Source: an uncultured Pirellulales bacterium (GTDB lineage: Bacteria > Planctomycetota > Phycisphaerae > Sedimentisphaerales > Anaerobacaceae). From it: a DNA stretch of 64,000 nucleotides. Shown here piece by piece: positions 57,478 to 64,000 of the stretch (its first letter is position 1; every line of letters begins with the position of its first letter). The stretch lies in the NCBI GenBank assembly GCA_964579055.1, contig CAZOFX010000003.1, positions 39,551-103,550 on the forward strand. The letters are read 5' to 3'. The position numbers were made by a program, and so were the translations under genes. Below the pieces are notes generated by a model. It was not told where the DNA came from. It saw only the letters and a program-made list of their open reading frames with translations, and ran no database searches.

Positions 57478-58422
57478 ATGACGCAGCACCCGCTGGATTC
57501 GAAGAACATGCACAACGATTACAGTCGCCGGCGTTTCCTCGGCGCAGCGCTGGCCGGGGCAGGGGCTTTGGCGGTTCGCCCGGAATGGCTCTCGCCGGGC
57601 GTTTCGGCAGCAGCCACGGGCCGGCGGACCGCGACCGATATTGTGACGCTGGGCAAGACGGGTATCAAGGTCTCGCGCCTCGCCCAGGGCACCGGCTACA
57701 ACGGCACCGGCCGCTCCTCGGCCCACACGCGGCTGGGCGAGAAGGAGTTCGACAAGCTGATTCACCACGGACTCGACCGGGGTATCACGTTCCTGGACAT
57801 GGCCGACCTGTACGGCTCGCACCCTTACGTGCGCCACGCGCTGGACGGCCGAGCGCGGGACAAGATCGCCTTTCTGAGCAAGATCTGGCCCGAGACGCAG
57901 TACTGGAATGCCTTTTCCGGCGGCGCCAAGCCCGAGATCGACCGCTTCCGACGGGAACTGGATACCGACGTAATCGACATCTGTCTGATGCACTGCATGC
58001 GAAACAGCCGGTGGCCCGAGGAACACAAGCGAGTCTGTGACGAATTGGACGAGCTGAAGGCCAAAGGCGCGGTCCGGGCGGTGGGGGTATCCTGTCACGA
58101 CCTCGGCGCTCTAAAGGTCGCCGCCACACATCCCTGGACGGACGTGATCCTGGCGCGGATCAATAACGCCGGCCGCGACGCTGCCATGGACGCGTCAGTC
58201 GAGGAGGTCGTGCCTGTCCTCAAACAGGCCAAGGCCAACGGCAAGGTGATCATCGGGATGAAGATCTTCGGAGCCGGCGCACTGACCCGTCCCGAGCAGA
58301 AGGATGCCTCGCTCCGCTTCGTCTTCGAAAACGAACTGGTCGACGCCATCACGGTCGGAATGCTGAGTACCGAGCAGGTCGACGACACCATCGCCCGGAT
58401 GAACAAGGCCCTGAACGCCTGA
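57478..58422 (+). CDS. Aldo/keto reductase (Tat signal)
   Basis: SRRRFL; TLGKTGIKVSRLAQGTG; DMADLYG; GMKIFG. Confidence 0.92.
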   Translation: MTQHPLDSKNMHNDYSRRRFLGAALAGAGALAVRPEWLSPGVSAAATGRRTATDIVTLGKTGIKVSRLAQGTGYNGTGRSSAHTRLGEKEFDKLIHHGLDRGITFLDMADLYGSHPYVRHALDGRARDKIAFLSKIWPETQYWNAFSGGAKPEIDRFRRELDTDVIDICLMHCMRNSRWPEEHKRVCDELDELKAKGAVRAVGVSCHDLGALKVAATHPWTDVILARINNAGRDAAMDASVEEVVPVLKQAKANGKVIIGMKIFGAGALTRPEQKDASLRFVFENELVDAITVGMLSTEQVDDTIARMNKALNA

Positions 58423-58436
58423 TCGCGGATTGCCCC

Positions 58437-58518
58437 GGGTAGCGGTCTCAAGTCCGAACGATTTGGGGATGGTTCTCAAGGTTGAGCCATCCCCAAGCTG
58501 CGCTGGAGGCTGCCACCC
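58437..58518. repeat. Four-way-junction palindromic element, copy 3 (reverse orientation, degraded)
   Basis: Reverse complement gggtggcagcctccagcgcagcttggggatggctc...ccatccccaaatcgttcggacttgagaccgctaccc. Confidence 0.85.
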
Positions 58519-58550
58519 ATTGATCGATCTGCAGCCTTCTGCGTAACCGT

Positions 58551-58576
58551 CAATCATCAATTATCAATTATCAATG
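58551..58576. repeat. 7-nt periodic repeat overlapping proB stop
   Basis: caatcat caattat caattat caatg. Confidence 0.65.
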
Positions 58577-59664
58577 AAGACAATGTCTTCCGGGATGGCG
58601 ACAACGTCGCGGTGACTCGGACCAAGCAGGGCTTTGATCTCGGTGCTGTGTTTGCCCGCCAGCGTCTTGAGCTGCACGGAGGACAGGCTGGTGACCGCTT
58701 TGGCGGCGCCGTTGAGCAGGACGACGTCGCCGGCCTGGAAATCGCCCTCGACCGAAACAACGCCGGAGGGCAGCAGGCTCTTGTGATTCCGCAGCGCCTT
58801 CATCGCGCCGTCGTCGATGCGCACTGTTCCGGCCGGGCGGCTGTTGATGATCCACCGCGCGCGATTGCTGAGCTTGCGTTTGGGAAGGAAGATCGTGCCG
58901 ATCTCCTCACCCGCCACGATCCGGCCGATCACGTCTCTGGCTCGACCGTTGGCCAGAACGAGCCGGCATCCCGCCTGGGATGCGATTCGCGCCGCCTCGA
59001 TCTTGGTCTTCATCCCGCCGGTGGCGTGCCGGCTGCCCGAGCCGCCCGCGTTGCGGACGATCTCCTCGGTGATCTCGAAGACCGCGGAGATCGGCCTGGC
59101 GTCGGCGTGATCGTTGGGGTTCTTGTCGTAGAGCGCATCGATGTCGGTCAGCATGATCAGCAGGTCCGCGTCGATTTTGCTGGCGACCAGCGCGCTGAGC
59201 TTGTCGTTGTCGCCGAACGCGGTGCCGATCTCGGCGGTGCTGATGCTGTCGTTCTCGTTGAGGACCGGGACGATGTTCAGACTCAGCAGCGTCTCGATCG
59301 CGTTGCGCAGGTTCAGGTACGTCTTGCGGTTGCTCAGCACCTCAGCCGTCAGCAGGACCTGGGCGACGGTGACGCCGTGCCGGAGGAAGGCCTTGCGGTA
59401 TTCCTGCATCAGCAGGGGCTGGCCGATGGCGGCGCAGGCCTGGCGCATCTTCATGTCCTTGGGCCTGGTGGAAAGCGCCAGTTGCCCGGCGCCCATGCCG
59501 ATGGCGCCGGAGGTGATGATGACCACCTGCCGGCCGGCCTGGAGCAACGAAGTGACCTGCGAGGCAACCCGCCGGAAGTACGCCGCATCGATCCCCGTGT
59601 CCTTGGTCAGCGTGTGCGTCCCGATTTTGATGACGATCCGTCTTGTCTTGCTGAAATCTCTCAT
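58564..59664 (-). CDS. proB: Glutamate 5-kinase
   Basis: IVIKIGT, TSGAIGMG, AAIGQ, NENDSI, FGDNDKLS, TGGMKTK, C-terminal PUA domain. Confidence 0.97.
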   Translation of the reverse strand: MRDFSKTRRIVIKIGTHTLTKDTGIDAAYFRRVASQVTSLLQAGRQVVIITSGAIGMGAGQLALSTRPKDMKMRQACAAIGQPLLMQEYRKAFLRHGVTVAQVLLTAEVLSNRKTYLNLRNAIETLLSLNIVPVLNENDSISTAEIGTAFGDNDKLSALVASKIDADLLIMLTDIDALYDKNPNDHADARPISAVFEITEEIVRNAGGSGSRHATGGMKTKIEAARIASQAGCRLVLANGRARDVIGRIVAGEEIGTIFLPKRKLSNRARWIINSRPAGTVRIDDGAMKALRNHKSLLPSGVVSVEGDFQAGDVVLLNGAAKAVTSLSSVQLKTLAGKHSTEIKALLGPSHRDVVAIPEDIVFIDN

Positions 59665-59723
59665 ACGTTTGTCAGTATATGCCTGCCTCAACGCCCGTTC
59701 AAGCCCAAACGATCTTGTACGAC

Positions 59724-61532
59724 CTACGGGGCTTGATAGTGGTAGTTGAAGCGGCCGCTCGGCGCGACGTCGCCGTAGAGGTAGAAGTCCAGGATATCGC
59801 CCGAGGCGGGCACGTTGTCGGTCCACTTGAACTCGAAGTCCAGCGGACGGTTCGCCTCCAGGCCGACGAGCGCTCTTGGTATGCACAGTTCCATCCGGTT
59901 GCCCTCAACACGGAACGCGACTTGGCCGATCTTGGACCAGTTCCATTCGTGTTCGCTTCGTTCCAGAGTTGCTTCGTTTCCGTCGGGCTTCGTGCGATTG
60001 ACCGCGAAGTCGTAACCTTCCCATCCGGTGCCTTTGTCGCGGTCGATGTCGATCAGCAGCATCATCCAGCCGTCGCCGGTCGGTTCTGTGATAAGCTCGG
60101 CGGTCTCGACGTAGAAGTACAGGTTCTCCGCGTCCCGCGTCACCTTGGCGGCGATGAAGTCGTTGCGGCCCGAGTCGTTCTCATAGAATGTCTTGCCGTA
60201 GCCGCGGTGGCGGCGGTGCATCGTGCTGCCTTTGTGGTGTCGAAACTCCGGCTGCACCCCGGCCCACGACTCGAAGCGTCCGTCGATGTCGATCGCCACC
60301 GGCGGCGACGGCGGGGCAGGGGCCTGCACGCCTTTGTACCGCCGGACATTTGCGACGAGCTGATGGTAGTAGTTGTCGGCAAAGCCGCCCTTCATCGGCT
60401 CGATGTCACGACTGTATTCGTTGTTGAACTCATCGGGGAAGGCGTTCTCCGTGCCTTGCCACTCTTTGTAGCGGCCTGCGATCCACTCGTTCCATCCGGT
60501 CACGAAGATCAGCTCGGGGTCGATCTTCAATGCGCAGTCCCATTGCTCCTGGAAGTTCAGGCCGCGACCGACGGCTTCCGGATCGGTGCTGAAACTGTGA
60601 GCCTTGGTATAGCTGCGCCCGTACGAGCCTTTGGGGTCGTTCATCGCCGCAGGCGCCAGCACGTCGGTGGCGTTTTGCGCCACGCCCACCGTCACCTGCT
60701 CGAACTTCCCCGGCGTGGTCTCGACGTAGCCGTGCTGAGGACAGACCTCCAGCCAGCCCCAATGGTCGGGCCGCGAGGGTCCCCTGCGATAGTCGGGCTG
60801 TCCCGGCCGGAACGTGAAAAAAGAGCGAATCGGCTCGGGAAGGTTGTCCGGATAGCCCATCAGCAGCGGTTTGCCCTTCCAGTAGAACCACAGGTCTTTG
60901 AAACGTCCCGGCTTATAGATGTCTTCGTAGATCTTCGTGATGTTGACGCGGCTGTCGTCGTGCGGAGCGAACGGACACAAAAAAGCGAACTGCGGTGTCC
61001 GAACCCCGTCTTGCCGGGCGGCGGTCCAAACCTCCCCAAGCACGTCGTAGGCCTCCTTCCACGTGAATGTTCCGTTCGTGCAGTCGAAGACCACGACGTC
61101 CACGCCCGCGTCGGCGAGCATCTCGGCGTGTTTGCGGTAGACCCACGGATCGGTGCCGCGATAGTAGCCGAACAGCGGCTCGTTCCAGTGGTATCCCACG
61201 ATGTGTCCGACCTCCTTCCAGACAGGATGGTTGAAGTCGTTGATCGCCTCGGGATACCGTGCGACGATCTCGCTGACGTTCGCCGGTCCCAAGTCGGTCT
61301 TGCCGTCGACGTGCCATGTCCAGTAGAACATCGCGACGGTCCGGTCCGGCCGTGGATCGCCCACTTTCACATGGTCCGGCAGTTTCCGCCCCAGCGCATC
61401 GGTCGCGACCCACGCGTCGCTGATGCTCTGCGGCGTACTGCCCAAACAGACGGAGAGACTCAACAGTAGGATGGTCCATAGGACGATCATGGCACGAGCG
61501 AGCAATGACGCGTGCGAGTGCTTCAGGGTCAT
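59724..61532 (-). CDS. Secreted glycoside hydrolase-like protein (GH99/GH71-like TIM barrel plus C-terminal beta domain)
   Basis: AMFYWTWH, EPLFGYY, HAEMLADAGVD, VTGWNEW, RDIEP. Confidence 0.7.
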   Translation of the reverse strand: MTLKHSHASLLARAMIVLWTILLLSLSVCLGSTPQSISDAWVATDALGRKLPDHVKVGDPRPDRTVAMFYWTWHVDGKTDLGPANVSEIVARYPEAINDFNHPVWKEVGHIVGYHWNEPLFGYYRGTDPWVYRKHAEMLADAGVDVVVFDCTNGTFTWKEAYDVLGEVWTAARQDGVRTPQFAFLCPFAPHDDSRVNITKIYEDIYKPGRFKDLWFYWKGKPLLMGYPDNLPEPIRSFFTFRPGQPDYRRGPSRPDHWGWLEVCPQHGYVETTPGKFEQVTVGVAQNATDVLAPAAMNDPKGSYGRSYTKAHSFSTDPEAVGRGLNFQEQWDCALKIDPELIFVTGWNEWIAGRYKEWQGTENAFPDEFNNEYSRDIEPMKGGFADNYYHQLVANVRRYKGVQAPAPPSPPVAIDIDGRFESWAGVQPEFRHHKGSTMHRRHRGYGKTFYENDSGRNDFIAAKVTRDAENLYFYVETAELITEPTGDGWMMLLIDIDRDKGTGWEGYDFAVNRTKPDGNEATLERSEHEWNWSKIGQVAFRVEGNRMELCIPRALVGLEANRPLDFEFKWTDNVPASGDILDFYLYGDVAPSGRFNYHYQAP

Positions 61533-61766
61533 CGGTCTCCTCTACACATATGAGCTGGAAACACGCCAGAATCAGAAGTCTGGAGCCATTGTAGGGGATC
61601 ACCCGCCAAATGCAATCCTCGCGCGCCCCGTCCTGGATCCGGCCGGTATTTGTGTTGCTTCCCAAGTGGTTCGACCCTAAGATGACCCCGTGTGGTGCCC
61701 GTTGCGACGCGGGGGTATCGTACACGAGGTGGTCTTCCGACATCACCGGGCAAATGGCGAATCATC

Positions 61767-62396
61767 GTGAAGTACAGGCTCATCATATTCGATTTTGACG
61801 GCACACTGGCCGACACGTTCGGCTGGTTCGCCCACGCGATCAACCGGATTGCCGACAAGTACCATTTCAAGAAGGTCGATCCGAGCGAACACGAGACCAT
61901 CCGGGGTTTCGACGCCCGCGCCGTGCTGAAGTATCTCGGCGTGCCTTTCTGGAAAGCTCCCCTGATCGCCGCCCATATGAGAATGCTGATGTCGCAGGAC
62001 ATCCAGCGCATCAGCCTGTTCGAGGGGATCGAGAACCTGCTGCGGCGCCTGTCCGAGGTCGGGGCCACTCTGGCGGTGGTCAGCTCGAACTCTTTCGAGA
62101 ACATCCGTCACGTTCTCGGGGCGGAGGTAGCGGCCCTGATCGACCACTACGAGTGCGGCGTGTCCGCGTTCGGCAAGGAGGCGAAGCTGAGGAAGGTCCT
62201 TCGCCAGAGCGGCATTCCGCGCCGCGAGGCGATCTACATCGGCGACGAGATCCGCGACTGCGAAGCGGCCCGAGAGGTGGGCATCGCCTTCGGCGGAGCC
62301 TCCTGGGGTTACACGACCCCTGAGGCGCTGCGGGCCCATGCCCCGAGCGATGTCTTCGCCCACATCGACGACATTCTCGACCGGGTCATCGGCTGA
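61767..62396 (+). CDS. HAD family hydrolase (phosphoglycolate phosphatase-like)
   Basis: GTG start; IFDFDGTLAD, VVSSN, YIGDEIRD, WGY. Confidence 0.92.
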   Translation: MKYRLIIFDFDGTLADTFGWFAHAINRIADKYHFKKVDPSEHETIRGFDARAVLKYLGVPFWKAPLIAAHMRMLMSQDIQRISLFEGIENLLRRLSEVGATLAVVSSNSFENIRHVLGAEVAALIDHYECGVSAFGKEAKLRKVLRQSGIPRREAIYIGDEIRDCEAAREVGIAFGGASWGYTTPEALRAHAPSDVFAHIDDILDRVIG

Positions 62397-62476
62397 CCCC
62401 TGCGGACGAGGCGTGCCGGCGCCCTTTGCACAGGGAAAGCGTGCGATCAATCGTGGTCGGATGGTATGATGTCGTC

Positions 62477-64000
62477 ATGCACGACATCCTGAAAAGCCAC
62501 ATTCTCCAGCTTCTTCAGAAGGATGCGACGCCGCGAAATCTCGCCCACCTGGCCGAGGAGCTGGGCGTTGGCGGTTCGCTGCGCCACGCCTTCCGCGAGG
62601 CGATCGAGTCGCTCAGCGCCGAGGGCCGTGTCGTCCTCGGTCCGCGAAACGTGATCGGCCTTCCATCGCTGTCCAGCGAGGTCACGGGCATCTTCCGGGC
62701 CAATCCGCGCGGGTACGGCTTCGTCAGCCCGCAGCAACTCACCGACGAGGGCGACGTGTTCATTCCCGCCAAGTCGACCGGCAGCGCCATGACGGGCGAC
62801 CGTGTCGTCGCGCATGTCACGCGCGGTTCGAAGAAAGATCCGGATCGTCTCACGGGCAAGATCGTCAAGGTGCTCGATCGCGCCCACACCACCGTCGTCG
62901 GGACGCTTCGCCAGGAGCAGGACCGCTGGCTGGTCCGGCCGGATGGGGGCGATTTCCTTCGCCCGATCGAGATCGAGCGCGTTGACACCCGGGTTGTCCG
63001 GCATGGGGACAAGGTCGCCGTGGCGATTCGCACGTATCCCACGGCTTCGCAGGCGGCCACCGGCACGGTCCGGGAAGTGCTCGGGCGTCCCGGCCGATTC
63101 GATGCGGAGATCGCCGCGGTCATTCGCCGGCACGGCCTGTGCGAGGAGTTCGAGCCCAGCGCCCTGGTCGAGGCCAGCAACGCACGCGAGAACTTCCGAC
63201 CCCAGGACACGCGCGGACGCAAGGATCTCACCAAGGCTCTTGTCGTCACGATCGATCCGCCCGATGCGAAGGACTTCGACGACGCGATCAGTCTGGCGCG
63301 CACCGAGCAGGGCGGCTGGCTTCTCGGCGTCCACATCGCCGACGTCAGCTACTTCGTTCCGCCCGGCTCGGCTCTCGACCGCTGCGCGCGACAGCGTGGC
63401 AACAGCGTCTACCTTCCCGGCCGGACTCTGCCCATGTTGCCCGAGATGCTCAGCAACGAAATCTGTTCCCTCCAGCCGGGCAAGCGACGCTATACCAAGA
63501 GCGTCTTCTTGACCTACGACAAAGATGGGCGGATGCAGTCCGCTCGCTTCGCCAACACGATGATCGAGTCTAAGGGCCGCCTGAGCTATCAGCAGGCCGA
63601 TGCGGCGCTCAAAGGCGACGCGGGTGGCCTTGCCGAGGAGGTGGTGTCCCTCTTGCACGAGATGGACGCATTGGCCCGCGCCATCGAGAAGCGGCGCCGG
63701 CGGGCGGGCATGCTGCAACTGAACATGCCCGAGACCGAAGTCGTGACCGACGAATCCGGCCGGGTCGTTGCGGTCTGCCCTGCCGATACGAGCTATCCGC
63801 ACACGATCATTGAGATGTTCATGGTCGAAGCCAATGTCGCGGTCGCGGCTCTGCTCGATCGCCATTGCATCCCGTTCATGCGGCGCATCCATCCTGAGCC
63901 CGAGGGCAAGGTCTTGCGCCGGCTCAGTCAGACGCTACGGCTGTTGGGTGTCACGCTGTCACGCCAGCCCCAGCGCGGCGATTTGCAGAGCCTGCTCGAT
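62477..64000 (+). CDS. rnr: Ribonuclease R (5' part; runs off window end)
   Basis: Not in ORF track. Manual translation MHDILKSHIL...GIFRANPRGYGFV; RNB motif VTIDPPDAKDFDDAISL; VHIADVSYFV. Confidence 0.93.
   Translation, partial: MHDILKSHILQLLQKDATPRNLAHLAEELGVGGSLRHAFREAIESLSAEGRVVLGPRNVIGLPSLSSEVTGIFRANPRGYGFVSPQQLTDEGDVFIPAKSTGSAMTGDRVVAHVTRGSKKDPDRLTGKIVKVLDRAHTTVVGTLRQEQDRWLVRPDGGDFLRPIEIERVDTRVVRHGDKVAVAIRTYPTASQAATGTVREVLGRPGRFDAEIAAVIRRHGLCEEFEPSALVEASNARENFRPQDTRGRKDLTKALVVTIDPPDAKDFDDAISLARTEQGGWLLGVHIADVSYFVPPGSALDRCARQRGNSVYLPGRTLPMLPEMLSNEICSLQPGKRRYTKSVFLTYDKDGRMQSARFANTMIESKGRLSYQQADAALKGDAGGLAEEVVSLLHEMDALARAIEKRRRRAGMLQLNMPETEVVTDESGRVVAVCPADTSYPHTIIEMFMVEANVAVAALLDRHCIPFMRRIHPEPEGKVLRRLSQTLRLLGVTLSRQPQRGDLQSLLD

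Noticed and set aside
59665-59886. Upstream extension of the proB ORF
   Set aside because: Overlaps the upstream gene; homology begins at MRDFSKTRRIVIKIG
61561-61740. Possible REP or tRNA-like fragment upstream of the HAD gene (gtaggggatc..., gtggttcgacc)
   Set aside because: No palindrome after GTAG and no cloverleaf
471-63892. Many long antisense/shadow ORFs (e.g. 471..1685, 4660..5883, 6796..8322, 18253..20010, 22017..23741, 23837..26107, 55245..57515, 59679..61469, 62447..63892)
   Set aside because: They mirror well-supported genes on the opposite strand; expected at high GC; no motifs

Overview
GC-rich bacterial chromosomal window. Gene content (Tat-exported Gfo/Idh/MocA and aldo/keto reductases, DUF1080, DUF2961, sulfatase, PQQ-type propeller, ECF sigma with a large multidomain partner) suggests a Planctomycetota, probably Phycisphaerae/Sedimentisphaerales-like; this is inference. 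About 55 genes are supported. Most are housekeeping or carbohydrate-related: lnt, class II aldolase, CinA-like, MarC, GntP, GH130, M1 aminopeptidase, DapA-like plus SSS transporter, HtpX, nitrilase-family, proB and a partial rnr. There is also a Hen1-Pnkp RNA repair operon with a clean sigma70 promoter. I saw no tRNA, rRNA, CRISPR array or transposase. The most unusual signal is non-coding: several families of small palindromic repeats. (1) A four-way-junction palindrome occurs three times, one copy inserted in frame inside lnt, with compensatory changes between copies. (2) Three families of GTAG/CTAC REP-like hairpins occur; one brackets a cassette lying between the aldolase gene and a diverged copy of its 3' end. 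(3) 9-nt and 7-nt periodic repeats cluster with these elements. A ~1 kb intergenic region (42.3-43.3 kb) holds a candidate small RNA with a CU-rich anti-Shine-Dalgarno-like loop and an unannotated 30-aa membrane protein.
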